A DNA stretch of 64,000 bases, taken from contig JAUCBJ010007128.1 in the NCBI GenBank assembly GCA_032718475.1, positions 1 to 64,000 on the forward strand. The letters run 5' to 3'. The position numbers and the translations under genes were made by a program. Origin of the DNA: Nemertoderma westbladi. Lineage: Eukaryota > Animalia > Xenacoelomorpha. The notes under the pieces are model-generated. The model made no database searches. It was not told the origin of the DNA and saw only the letters and a list, made by a program, of their open reading frames with translations. Below are positions 1-13,038 of the stretch, piece by piece. How positions within the stretch are numbered: position 1 is the first letter of the stretch; each line of letters opens with the position of its first letter.

Positions 1-256
1 AGAACTAACATTGCAAAATCATCTTCTCTTTATCAGTGCATGTCCGTCTGGAATGAACTACCTGACAATGTCAAACATTTTCATGGTTCTAAACATTTTG
101 TACAATAGGAATCTAAATAAACATATAATTTCACTCCAATCTGCTAGTGGCTAAATAAATAAGAATATCTAATTAGGGAGTAGCTGGGTCCATTAATTGG
201 ATTTATAATGCATTAATTTTTATTCTAATATAATATTTTATTATTATGTGTGTGTG

Positions 257-345
257 AGGGGGGGGGGGGGGGGGGTATGTTGGTGTATGTGTGTACGCGT
301 GCTGATAGGGTGGTGGGGGGGGGGGGGGGGGGGGGCGGGGGGGGG
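257..345 (+). repeat. Two long poly-G runs (G-quadruplex-prone, low complexity)
   Basis: G runs at ~257-275 and ~315-345; they create the spurious poly-Pro/poly-Gly ORFs in the track. Confidence 0.85.
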
Positions 346-1675
346 ATCCTGTGTAAAACTGTACTTTTGTGGGGCGTAGCGTTTTTTTCACGTGCTGAGT
401 ATTTCACCGTCCAATTTTCAGGCTTTATATCAGAATGGGCCTTGATGTGTTTTTTCCACAACCATCTCCAATTTGTACTACTGGGACAATCTATAAGTTC
501 ACTTGTCTGTCTCAATAGTACACCATTCAGAAACAACTTTACTTTACTTCACTTTACTTAGTTTACTTTATATGTTTCCTATTTTTGTGTTATATACCGG
601 TATCGTATTAGGTTGTCTATGTCTATTATATAAATATGATATAACATAATAATTATAGGCTGGACGGGCCACACAACCGTTCCGAAATAATAAAAATAAA
701 ATAATAATAACAATTTCCCGGCAAAAATAGTAATAGGAAAATGTGAAAATATTGTGGGAAGCAATAATAGTAAAATACTGCAGTTCAATTGATTCGTAAC
801 ACAATTTAGTTTTTATTAAATAATAAATAAAGAGTAATTTAAGAATAAAATTAACATGCGAAATAAATGTATTACCTTTTTTTAATATTCTCTCGACACT
901 TCATTTACCTCGCGATAGTGAAAAACAAGTAAATACATTTTTTTCCCAACAAGCACATACCGGCACTTATTTATGTAAGTAAAGTGATGTGGCTACAGAA
1001 AAATATATTTTGTGCGAAATAATTTAATTTGGTATCAGATATAATTATATAAGTGGCGTTAATTTCATATTAAATAAAGTAGAATTACGAAATTGTCTTT
1101 ACATAATCGACAGATTCAATATTCTGGACAAAAAGATAATCTGATATAAATCAGGAAGGGTTGAGTTGTTCGGCTCTCTTTGTCCACAATGACGATTTAT
1201 TATTGGTGTCTCCCGGACTGTCTGTTAGTCTTTTGGCAAAAAAAGTTTTCTTACTTATTTATAATAAATAAATAACTAGAAGTTATTAAATCCGATACGA
1301 TGGTGTCACTAATTAATCACGGATGACGCTCCTCGGGTATTATACCTGTGTTACTAACTAATAACTGCCAATTAATTAATTCCGTATATTTATTCGGTAA
1401 ATGTTTGCCATAAAATATTCCGGGAATATCTTCCGAACGGCTATTCTGCATATCGAATGGGACGATGAATTAATAATGTTGGCCTTGAATAGTATTAGAT
1501 TGTAAAATTAAATAACGTTGTCAAAACGTGTAAGACGGTTGTCAGCGTTGTCTCCGGTTAGAAAGACAGCGGTGACAGACAGCTGGACGGACAGCGGTGG
1601 TTGCTAGGCGGGGCATCAGGTCCGTTTGTTTCTATGGTAACCAACACGGAATAAACACAATATACCGCCTCTATT

Positions 1676-2165
1676 CTACTTGAAGTAAACCACCATAGCG
1701 GTAATGTTGTCCCTGGATTCACCCTCCTTGGCTCTCTGGACCAAGGCGTCGACGGCACTCTGTCCCGTACACTGTCCCACTATCCCCGGGACATCCCTCG
1801 GGGCCACCCCGTCCCACAGCCCGTCCGTGCCCAGCACCACGAACTCCTCGCTCCCGTCCAGCTCCACGCAGCTCACCTCGGCCTCCCCCGACACGTAGGG
1901 CTTGTGTTCGGCGTCCCCCACGGAGCGGGACACCCCGAGGGTCCCGTTCACGCGCCACGCCCCGAACCAGACGACGACGCCGCCCAGGGACTCGATCCGG
2001 CTCCGCTCCGACTCCGGGGTGTGGGGCCGCATCAGCCGGACCGGAACGCCCCCGCCGCGGTAGAGCCACGCCTGGGAGTCGCCCAGCCAGACTGTGTAGA
2101 GACGGGAGCCCCGGATGTAGACGGAGACCAGGGTAGAGCCGCTCCGCAGCTCCTCTCTACAGGCC
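1676..2165 (-). CDS. PPM1E: PP2C/PPM-family Ser/Thr phosphatase, PPM1E/PPM1F-like, last coding exon
   Basis: Motifs SGST, WLGDSQA, RVNGTLGVSRSVGD, LGTDGLWD, SRDNIT; acceptor ttacag|G at 2166/2165 (phase 2); stop at 1676. PPM1E versus PPM1F orthology cannot be resolved here. Confidence 0.9.
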
Positions 2166-2897
2166 CTGTAAGGGAATACGTTTATTAGTTGAGCTACAGT
2201 AAGTCGGGAAAAATATAACCACAATTAATATAAAAACTGAATTTGGCCGCGGAAAACTGGCAATTATGATAAGCTATTCCCTCGTAAAAGCGTTAAGAAG
2301 AGGGAGTTTATATGCCGTTGCTTGGTGGTAACAAATCAGTTATAAATACAATGATGCAGTGTGACGAAAAGCGTTCTATATATAACAAAAACTTATATTG
2401 GTAGAAATAAAGTAAAAGGAAGTAGAGCTTTCGCTAACTATTATTACTTTCTCGCATCCAATTTAGTGTCTCTCGGGTTCTGTCATTTTAGAAAGTTGTA
2501 TTTCTAAAAACATGAAAAACTTAATCGGCAAATAATAATTATCTATTGCATGGTAAATAATGTAAAACATTAATTTCACTATTAGTGAAAATATGTTGTT
2601 CCACGTTATTTAACATGCAATACGTAGTTTTATTTTAAATGGAACGTTATTTTCACGACGTTATTATTAATATATTAGTTTCATTTAGTGCATCTCAAAT
2701 TAAAGCATTATGACATATTGGAAATCAGGAAAATAATGTAAATGGTGTGAAAATTATGTAAAAGGTGTGAGGATAATGTAGTTGATTGTTAAACGCCTTT
2801 ACTATGGAGGGAGTTAAAATAACGAAAAATAACTGTGAAAAGATAGATTGGCCGGATAAAACGATAAAATGTTAAGTAAAAATACAAGTAAACCAAC

Positions 2898-3691
2898 TTC
2901 TCGATAAAACTAAGATCCATATCGTAACAGATTTCCTTAAGGAACTCCCTGACATTCTCTTGCGTTCCGTTCGGCACGGAACGGACACGGAACGGGAACT
3001 GCACCGCAACGAACTCGGCCGCCTCGACTCCGCGATGTCCGTCGCAAACGGAGTAAACCGAACCGGACTCGGAGAGCCCGGGATCGATTAGTTCGCGAAC
3101 CGCCGCTCGGTCCTCCATCCTACGACGGCCGTTCCGGCACTGGGCCACGAACGCCGATCTCCGACGCACTGACGAAACGTCCACCCAACTCGGGGCGGTA
3201 CCGCGCTCCTTAACGTTGTCGCAGACGCTGAGTAAGTTACGAGCCGCGACGGAACAACTCATCTTGATTTGCTCCGTCGAGTCTGTGAGCTCCGATTCGA
3301 CACCCGTTCGGGTTTCCGTGAGCCGCGATGAATCTGCAGAGGGTATAAACGAACTGGACTTCTGTTGATTCACGTGATTTCGCACCATCTTATCGCACAG
3401 ACCACAAAGAAGGACGTTGGGTATATCTACTCCAGCCTGGGTTATTGCGTCCATATACCTTCCCCATAGGTCGGCCTGTTCGCACAAAGATAGTTTATCT
3501 GAATCTCCGCGAGTTTCCGATATTTCTGAGGGGTCGACGTCACTGACTTCCGGTACACAGAGACATTCTGACTCGCATTCCTTTTGTTGACAGAAGTATT
3601 CGATTCTGAGCCGCTCAATAACGTGGTCGATTAACGATAAGAAATGTTCCATTTCTGGTTTACCTTCATTCGTCAGTTCACATTCTGACAT
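2898..3691 (-). CDS. PPM1E: PPM1E/PPM1F-like phosphatase, upstream coding exon
   Basis: Motifs RRRMEDR and VCDGHRG; donor AA|GTTGGT at 2898/2897 joins the next exon in frame to give FIEKACREELRSGST, like the PPM1E/F segment. Intron 2166-2897. Confidence 0.85.
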
Positions 3692-3865
3692 TACAGCATT
3701 ATTATTGTTGTTGTTGCACCTGATACATCTGTACCACTACCACTATTACTGTATTACACTACACCACTGTTATTAGTGTTAGGCCTACTGCTGTACTGTT
3801 ATTAGCATTATCTCTAGGCCTAGCTGCCTAGGCCAGTAGGCCTATCTGTATCTATCTTACCTTAC

Positions 3866-3936
3866 AATCTGGCAAATTTAACATAAACTACAGCCTTTGA
3901 AAGGATTAGGCTACTGCTGTACTGGTATCTAGCCAT
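3866..3936 (-). CDS. Possible first coding exon of the phosphatase (MARYQYSSSLILSKAVVYVKFAR-L)
   Basis: ATG at 3936, donor TT|GTAAG at 3866/3865, acceptor tatcag|G at 3720/3719; the phase-2 join stays in frame into the ATG at 3691. Polypyrimidine tract is weak. Confidence 0.4.
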
Positions 3937-4782
3937 TCTTCTTGCAAGCACAACCCTACAACAACAGCTATGATTGTCAGTAATTGTCAGATTGTTGGGG
4001 TAAATCATTTCGATCTACGAGTAGGCCTGTCAATCAGCCTGTATCAATGCAGCAATGCGTAGTTTGCAACTTTCAATGCTGTCATTTACGGGTCTGCCGG
4101 CCAGCCGGCAGGGCCAGACTGCCAGACTTAGCGGTACTGCCTTTTTAATAATTACAAGTACGGTACCGGTACCGGTATATGTTTTAGGAAAGGACTACTA
4201 TTGCAGTATTGAAAGCTTCAGTAGTCCTTGGTTTTATAACTACAGAACTACAGAACTACGGGTACTGGAGTACCGGTAGTTTTGAAACTACACTTGTAGA
4301 ACTTCGCATAGGTCTGTAGGTGCTACTAATATTTTTCATTCCAGGTCCGGTAGGGCAGTGCAGCAGTAGTTCAAAGAGAGAGGGAGGTTGCTAGTAATCT
4401 TCTAACAGTCTAATCAGCAAATTGGCTAATTTACCAGTCCGCTGTTTGTAGTTACCTACAAAAGATGGACAGGTACCTGACTGCAATACTTCCGTCCGAA
4501 ACGTGCGCCAGATAATTGAAACATCTGATGATTAGTTCGGAACATAATACTAGAAATTATTTTTCGTCCTACAGTCAGACAGTATTCAATATTCATATAA
4601 TCTGCGATTCTCCAGAATTATATCATTTCATTGGCCAATCAATGTGTTACCATGTCAATAATTAACAATTCAATATACTGTATGTATCTATTATTGCACT
4701 TGAATTATATTACAGTCTGACAGTATATTGATGTGTTGTTCGGGTTGAACGCTCAGATTGGAATTCGCTTTCATTTTATTAA

Positions 4783-5210
4783 GGGGAGGGGGTAGCACCC
4801 CCAAATTGAACCTCACATTTTTGTGTCTCTGGACCATAAAATTGGGTGAAAATTATTTTTCCTGCTACTAAACATCGTCTGGACTGTCTGAGAATATATA
4901 AATCAAATATTTTTAAAATTGGCCCGCTATTTCTCCACCAATATTTGTTGAAAATTGTCGAAATTTGGATTATAAGTTCACAAGAACCCTGCATCCAATT
5001 CTTCTTAACAAATTTTGCCTCAATTGCTCTGGAGCCTTTTTAGAACAAAAAGGCCCCAAAAAAGGGCTTTTTTGGACCTTTTTGATATAAAAAGGCTCCA
5101 GGGCATTTCCAACCAAATTTGTTAAGAAGAAGTATGGAGAAGGGTAATCTTAACAACTGTACCAAATTTCAACTTATTTCAGTTAAAATTGGCGGAGAAA
5201 TACCTTTTTT
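4783..5210. mobile_element. Fold-back (palindromic) non-autonomous DNA element, possibly Kolobok-type, cut off by the BEL element
   Basis: Imperfect inverted arms centred near 5065 (ttcttcttaacaaattt/aaatttgttaagaagaa; ggagccttttt/aaaaaggctcc); starts at TTAA|GGGG. Confidence 0.55.
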
Positions 5211-5223
5211 CATGAAGCAGTAG

Positions 5224-7418
5224 TGTTAAACTAGCGCGACCCTTATACTAACAGCAGAACTGTTTAACAGACAAATACCCGTATACTTCTCTGCCAACCT
5301 AATAAGTTCCCGCCTAACCAATAAGGCACCAAGACTGCTCTACTGTTAAATAAAGGTGATCAGGAGCGTGCTATTACTAAATGTAGGGCTGCTAAATACA
5401 AAACAGCTACTTACCGTTAGATGGCGCTAATCTGCCGTCCGCTAATAATTTTTACTAAATTTACACGGCTCCTGCAAAATCGCTTGTTCCTTTCTCTGCC
5501 GATCGCTCGACAGAGAGCTAACTGTTCGAATCTATGAGCCACGCGGGAATAACCAAAACAACAAACCCGAATCGGCTCCCTAAGCTTACTTAAGACGAGT
5601 GCGAGGGGCTTTGCACTCAGAGTGTATTCTTACGCCTAATTCTACTACTATAATACGATAATGTCTAAGTTCTTTCTAATCGCGAATACTGGGGGTTCCC
5701 CAACGGAATGTGTGAATGCGAGAATATTTAAAATAATCAAATGTGGTACAGTACGCTGCCTTCACGTGTGTGTAAAACCCACTCCGGGTCTAAACTTGCC
5801 TGTAGCTGGCTTTAGGCCAGCAAATTACTAGTGTTTTTGAATACTGAATAATGCGATCTAGCTTATTGCCCACTAATGCAAATAACCGCTCAGCGTGAAT
5901 AGTTTACGGTACTCTAATTATTACCTTAGCTACTCTCCGCTATGCTGCGTACTAATTCTTAATTTCACTAACTAATTACAGTCACAAATATGTAACGGCG
6001 TACTAATTACTAAGTATTCCAGAATGCGCAATTCTAATTTATTACGCAATGAGTCACATTAGCAACAGCCTAATATACCGTATTACTTTGACCTAATCAA
6101 TAATTAATTACAGTAATCTAAGAAATAGAAATCAATCAAAGAGAAAGGGGGCGCCTATCTAAGCGTTCGTAATCTTAGGCACACTTCAGTAACACACCAA
6201 TCAGCGTCAGCAATCATAGCTCGCAATTATGCAGTTCACTACTGTGTAGTCCGCAATTGTGCAATTCACTTTCTACACTGATCATCAACACTAATACTAA
6301 CACTGTAATGCGTACAGGCCCCTCCCGGGTACGTCTAGGCTTCCTAACTAACCCAATTCCTGCCCCCCTAATGCTAAAATAGAGACAAAACCTGGATCAT
6401 CAGCCCCCTAATTACCGTACCAGCGAGTGGTCTACACGCCACAATGCAAGTTGCCCGACCGCAACGGTGACCCCGCCAGCGTTGCTCGCCTTTGAATCCT
6501 CCACTCCCTTCGTCGCTAACCCCCCGATGTGCCCACCGCCTACCGGTACCTTAGCCCTCCATCCGGATTAATAGCTACCGTAGCGGCACATGCAAATCAC
6601 AAAAGTCTGACAGTCTCAGAAAATCCCGTAGGATTATTGCGTCGAAAGGAATTACATAGAACCATTAACTAAAGGGTAGAAATCATAGTTCCACTTGTAA
6701 TTGGCAGTAATCGTTGAGATTGATTGAGAAACACAAACAAGAATCAAACAGAAATTGCAACTTAGCGAATCATTGCAAGAAACAAAAAGGGCAGTAATTT
6801 ACACAAAAAAATATAGAAAACTAAGCACGTGATTGAGAAAATCATTAACTGATGTAGCAGAAGGGGATATGTTGTTGTGTTGTACAGACATACCGGCACA
6901 GCGCCAATTTATAGGTGATTTTAGAAGGATGATGCAATCGGTCTCTCATTAATTCGAGAGGGATGATGCAATCGATCTCTCATTGGCTCCCCAATCCGCC
7001 CCACCATCAGACCAACCTGGAAGCAGTTAGGCCAATAAGGAAGCCGGATTGTGAACCTCAGGGCTTCTAAATCGCAAATTATTACCATATATGGTAATGG
7101 ATCATGACCCTGGCTACTGAATGGTTAGGACTGCGTTCCTATGCTAGCCCTGTCGAGGCTAATAACAGCAAGCCCATATCCAGGGTCCAACAAGAACTTG
7201 CTACCCTGGAACTATCTACCTATATCCTAATACAAAATTACATAGGTAGGACTACATACTATACAAAATGGATGAATTCAAAATATATGGGCGTTTTAAC
7301 TTCCTTATCTAAATATCACCGCCACTATGCCTTATCTAAATAATTATACTGCACAATGACAAACATATTATACTGTATAATGGCTAATAATGTGGATACA
7401 GCGCCATATACCGTAACA
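5224..7418 (-). repeat. Putative 3' LTR of the BEL element (2195 bp)
   Basis: Direct repeat of 16841-18815; minus-strand termini TGTTA...TAACA; TATA-like CTATAAA near 6910 downstream of CCAAT-containing repeats. Exact boundaries are inferred. Confidence 0.7.
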
Positions 7419-7498
7419 AGTAGTATAACTATATTATTAGTTTTGTTTTGTTTTATTAGTTTTTTGCATCGTGTTAAGGGGTAGGGAAATCCTAGCCT

Positions 7499-9128
7499 TT
7501 ATAGTTTTTCCGGTTTTCCTGTCTCGATGCGTGTCTCTTCCAATAACACAATATCTTGGACCGGTCGGTCCAAGGTGTGTAAACCATTAGTTTTACACTT
7601 CTTTGGGTGCGGACACTTGCACCTAATTTTCACAGTGACTGTGCGCACTATGTTTTGCACGTCGGGGTGTATGTGCAAGATGACTCCTGTCTCCCAGTAT
7701 TTTCTCTTGACAATCGGCTCGGTTATTAATACGTAGTCTCCTCTTTGGAGGCTCCGAACCGTTTTGTACCACTTTGTTCTGGTGGATATGGTGGGAAGAT
7801 AGTATTCCCGCCAATATTCCCAGAATGTGTACGCCACAAATTGAGTCACTTTCCAGCTTTTACGACTATATAGGTCGGCACTAATGGGTTCTGATGCCGG
7901 CACAAGAAATGCTGGACTCTGCATTAGCAAATGATTCGGCGTTAATGCAACACCGTCTGGCAACATAGCTATCGGCCTCGAGTTTAGGGTATGCTCGATT
8001 TCAATGAAAGCTGTAACCAGTACGTCGTCGGTAAGTTGTTTGTTCACAGGCAATGTTTTTGCAATAGCCTGCTTTACAGAGCGAACCAAACGCTCCCAAC
8101 TTCCTCCTCTCCAAGGACTTTCTGGAGTATTGAATCTCCATTGTACTCTTTGCGGCAAAAGTGCTGCAGAAATTTCTTTATTCTGTGCCGCTTTATGAGC
8201 CGCGTTCAACTCGCTATTCCCTCCGACAAAGTTTGTACCCTTGTCGGAGTAGAACGCCTTTACTAGTCCTCTCCTGGCCATAAATCTCTTTAAGGCCAGG
8301 AGCAGAGATTTGGTCGACATGTCTGCCACACGCTCGATATGTATGGCTCTACTAGCCATACATGTCAGTAGCAGACCCCATCGCTTGTGGGTCAGCCGTC
8401 CACTCTTTGCCTCAATCGGACCAAAACAATCCACCCCTGTATTCGTAAAGCGTGGGTCATATGCCTGCACTCTCGCTTCCGGGAGTTCAGCCATCTCCTG
8501 TTCCAATACTCTGGCATTCACCCTCTTGCAAACCAGACAGGCGTCGTACATAATGCCTACTGCCCTGCTTGGCTGCAATAGAATGAATCGCTGTCTTGCT
8601 GCCGACAAACAGTGTAACCTTCCCGCGTGATGCAACCTCTTGTGTATGTCCCATAGAATCGCTCTTTGCAATTCTATTGGGTGACTAGGGATTATCACTG
8701 GGAACCGAAACTGTGAGTTTATGTCGACAGTCTGGATTCTCGATCTATGACAAATTAAACCCTTATGGATTAATGGACTCCATTTTCTAAGGGGTTTATA
8801 GAGAACTGGTCGTTGAGCCGATAATAGATGGAATTCTTTCGGGAAGGCACACATTTGATAATGCTTCAAATGCTTTAATTCCGCTTGATCAATCTCATCC
8901 TCTGTCAGAGGTTGTTTCAATTTCTGAATTCGCTCATTATTAGTGCTCAATTGTTCTCCCAAATGTTTCGAATGTTTTAAACAAAGGTACAAAATGTATC
9001 GGCTTAACCACGCAGTTCTTTTACAAATTGTCAGCCAAGAGGCAGACGAATTTAGTAATTTGTCATAAACACTGCATGACTCTAATGCCAGCGACAGTTG
9101 TCCGCTAACCAGTGGAAGTTTTTCTGTC
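7499..9128 (-). pseudogene. BEL integrase segment (frameshifted from pol)
   Basis: HHCC (HKRLHHAG...CLVC), TGVDCFGP, YSDKGTNF, GGSWERLV and C-terminal VRTVTV...RP motifs; the frame extends upstream of 8992 through SASWLTICKRTAW. Confidence 0.9.
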
Positions 9129-12100
9129 CGTCACTTACCAACTGTGACTCTGGTTTAGTCTGTAAGGGCGGTTTTATGTCATAACCTACCCTTCCTGACC
9201 TAGTAGTCACGTAAGTCTGTAGGTCTGACAGGTCTCCGGGCCGCTCCAATGACTCTTCAGGCCGCTCCAATGACTTGAGTTTGGCTTTAGACTTTGACTT
9301 AGAGACTTTCTCCACTTTAACTTCTGCATCTTCAGGCATCGGATTGGTCACTATCTTTAGTCGCTCTGGCCAATGTTCCTGTGTCCTTGTTAGAAAATCA
9401 GGTCCATGCAACCAAAACTCCTGCGACTCTTCCTGACAGAATTCCGCCGGCATAGCACCTCTCGAAGTTATGTCGGCCGGGTTCAACACTCCCGGACAAT
9501 GTCTCCATTGTTCCTTCGTCGAAAAGTCGACGATCTGAGCGCGTCTGTTGGCCACAAATGTCTTTAGTGCTATATTGTCGGCCGCAATGTATACTAACAC
9601 TAAGGATGCGTCCGTCCAATAGAATAAAGTCAATGTCGTGTCTAACTCCTCTATTATCTGCTTACTTACCTCGACTGAAACTACTGCCGCCTGCAACTCT
9701 GCACGAGGGACAGTCATATATTTGACCGGCATTGTCTTTGATCTAGAAGTCACAAAGGCCGTCTCAAACTTGTCCTGACTTACCTCTCGGCGAAGGTAGG
9801 CTACCATACCAAAGCCGGTGTCACTTGCGTCACTAAATAAGTGGAGTTCGAGATCAGCTGGAAATACCAGCTGATTCGGAAAGTAGGATTGGGGTACATC
9901 TATATTTTTCAATAGATGCAACTCGGCTTCCCACTCTCTCCACTGCTTTGCATGTATGGGAGATATTGGTTCGTCCCACTCTAGGTTGGACAACCAAATT
10001 TTCCTCATGCACGCTCGTGCCTGTAATATTACCGGACTGATAAAGTTCATCGGGTCAAATAGTCTACTTAACGTCGATAAGCAAATTCTCTTTGTCAAAA
10101 CTTTGTCTGGGCTACTGGGCTCAAATCTAACTCTTACCTGGAACTTATCCGTGTTCGGGTTCCAAGCGAGTCCCAGTACTCGCGCCATGGGGATGGGTTC
10201 TACCCCCAATTCAATGTCTCCGCTCCCGCGATCTTTCACAGGGAACGACTCTAATAGGGCCTCCGAATTAGTAGTGAACTTGGTCAGAGGAAAACCCCCT
10301 GTGGCCAAGCACTCTTGCAGGCCGTGAGCCACTTCTATGGCTTGTTCCGCTGTGTCCTTGGACACCAATCCGTCGTCCATATAGAAGTTTCTCAAGATGG
10401 ACTCGATAACCTCTACTGGGTACTTACCAATCTGGGCTGTTGCCGTTTTCTTATGAACAAACAGCGTGTCGTTTGGACTATCGCGGGCGCCAAATATCCT
10501 AACGTACATCTGGTATGTAACCACTGGGCCGGATAAGTCTTCATTCTCATACCAGAGAAACCGAAGGCTATCCTGGTCTGCCTTACAGGCTCTTACTTGG
10601 TGGAACATCGCCTCGATGTCACAAGTAAATGCGAATCGCCGCTGTCTAAAACGCAACAGTATTCCAATCAAATAATTGTTCAGGTTGGGTCCGTCCATCA
10701 ACTCTGAATTCATGGACATACCTCTGTAGACTGCTGCGCAGTCGTTGACTACTCGGACTTTGTCAGGTTTGTCAGGGTGAGTCACGTAGTGGTGTGGGAG
10801 GTAATAAGTCTGGTCCGTCACTAAGTCAGGGTCCTTTACCTTCACAGCAAATCCCTTGGCGAAATAGTTGTTGATCTGGGCGCAATACTTCTCCCTAATG
10901 TCCGGATTCTTTAACAACCGAGCCCTTACTCCGTTCAATCTTTTCAAGGCTAAGCTGTAGTTGTTCTCCAACTTAGGAGGTTGTCGACGCCACAACATTC
11001 CAACTTCAAAATGTCCAGTCGGTAGTAGACGTATGGTATCTTCCATCATCTCCAGCGACCGTTTCTCATCAGTAGACATGGTTAGGTCATATCCACCGGG
11101 TTCCATTGCGTCCCTATCCAGCCATTCGACGGTTCTGGCTCCTGTCTCGAGGTCCTGGCGTATCAATTCCTTCTGCAATTCCTTCTCACTGTATTGGAAA
11201 ATGTCTAGGTCTCGATATTTAGCCACTTGACCCTCCACTATGTCGGTATAAGTCAAAACGTTACTTAGATAGGTAGCGTGGGCCGCTGAACCAGACCCAC
11301 GGGTCTGATAACAGTAGTCCTCGGGTTCACTATCTGTCCGGTCGTTAAGAAGTGGTTCCGACAACCTAACATTATCGGGAATCAACTCCTCGTCCGACTC
11401 GCTAACGTCACTATAATGGTCAATACAGGTTCTCCTAAACTCGTCTAAGTCTGGTGGTTCTACTAATGGTGGTTCAGTTATAGGCTGTAATTCGTCGTAT
11501 CTATCTATTGGCTTGTCGCCACCTGTAAACTCATAAGACATAGGTACTCGTGTATACCAACCTAGTATAGTCCTATGGGCATGTGGTCCATTGACATGCG
11601 GCTCAGCTGGTCTCGTTTCCCATATCTGGTGTGCGATCAGCTGTTCTGCACCAATCAACATAGAAACATTTCTATAACCTACCTGGTGTCTGGGTACTCT
11701 GAGCTTGTCAAAATACTCCTGTGCTATGGGACTCATCGGCGGCACCTTACCTAACTGCCTGCCGAACCCCTTCATAGCTAGACACTTGAATCCGTCCAAT
11801 GGCAAAGCTTTCTGTTCTTGTCGAGTATGTTGGTCTCTCGGAAGTAGGGAGTCTAGGTCCACCGAAATTCTGTGTCCCTTGAGGTCTCCTACTCCATGCA
11901 TAGACTTCAACTCTATTTGGATCTCCTCGGCGTCTTGGAAGCTAGAAACGGCTCTCGCCACTTCCTCGTCGATATACGATAATGTGGACGCAGTGTCCAA
12001 CATCACGTATATCCGCTTCGATCCCTTATCTCCAGTAAGTTTCACCGGAATCACGCTAAATATTTCCGACGTGGCCGATGATAAATACGTCCGCGCGCTG

Positions 12101-13023
12101 GTCGATGTACTATCCGCAGTAAAACCATGGCAGGTCACCTCTCTCGCGCTCGACTCGTCATCCTCGTCCAACGAACCTGGTTGATAACCATCGTCCTGGA
12201 TGCCGGTGTACGTATTTCTCCTTATCGATACGGGTTCTTTGCTCCCCTTCCTGTGAGGATTTCGCTGTAAGTAACGGTCCGTCGGGGTATGGAAATCCGC
12301 ATGTAGCAACTTGTGATGTAGTCTGCCGCATTCCATGCATCCGTCCTTGCTGTTCGGGCACTGCCGCCGTACATGACCTGGCGCAAGACATGCCCAACAG
12401 GTGTCCAACGTCCGCACTTGAACTCTTCTCTGTTCCGAATTTAATTCTTTGAACCGTCTGCAACTATCTAACTTATGGTCGTCAGATCTTACCTCCTTTA
12501 GTAAACAGTATTGGCAACCTACAAATCCATCCGGCAACTCCTGTTGCTTTAACCTAGGTCTATCTAACCGCTCACCTGACCATACTCGCGAGTCTGATCT
12601 AAAGGCTGGGGTACTCGAATTATATCTGTCTACTGAGTTAAATGTCACAGTGGTCCTGTCATCGTCAAAACTTACCATAGACTTACCGGTAACAGGTTTA
12701 GACTCCCTCATATTCTCCTCTGAGAAGTTTGATTTCGTCTCTGCTACTGCGTCTGTGGCTATCATGTCATGAATGTGCTGAAGTGTCAACACCTTACCTT
12801 GACCCTCCAACTTATTCTCTAATTTGCGCCATTTCTGTCTGTAACGCATGTTTAAACATCTTATTACACTTTTCAAAACTTCGGCGTGATCACCATGATG
12901 AGGTAGATTCACCGTCCTCAAGATGTCTAATGCGTTCGAAATAGCGTTCGCTAAGTTCAACAGCTCTAACGGAGTTGTAATCCTTCCGCCTTTACCCAAG
13001 TCTTCCACTATCGACTGTGCCAT
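9082..13023 (-). pseudogene. BEL gag C-terminus, protease, RT and RNase H segment
   Basis: Three Cys-His knuckles, LDTAS protease, YYLPHH, DIEAMFHQV, NFYMDD and LHLFSDAS motifs. Confidence 0.92.
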
Positions 13024-13038
13024 CTTGGTTTTATTCCC

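Noticed and set aside
203-561. Poly-Pro/poly-Gly ORFs
   Set aside because: Produced by G homopolymers plus a probable LINE relic; not a gene.
6469-6688. LTR indel as a spliced-out intron
   Set aside because: Removing a GT...AG segment does not reproduce the short LTR junction exactly on either strand.
7104-7343. 79-aa ORF repeated at 18501-18740
   Set aside because: Antisense ORF inside the LTR; its recurrence is explained by LTR duplication and it has no recognisable motif.
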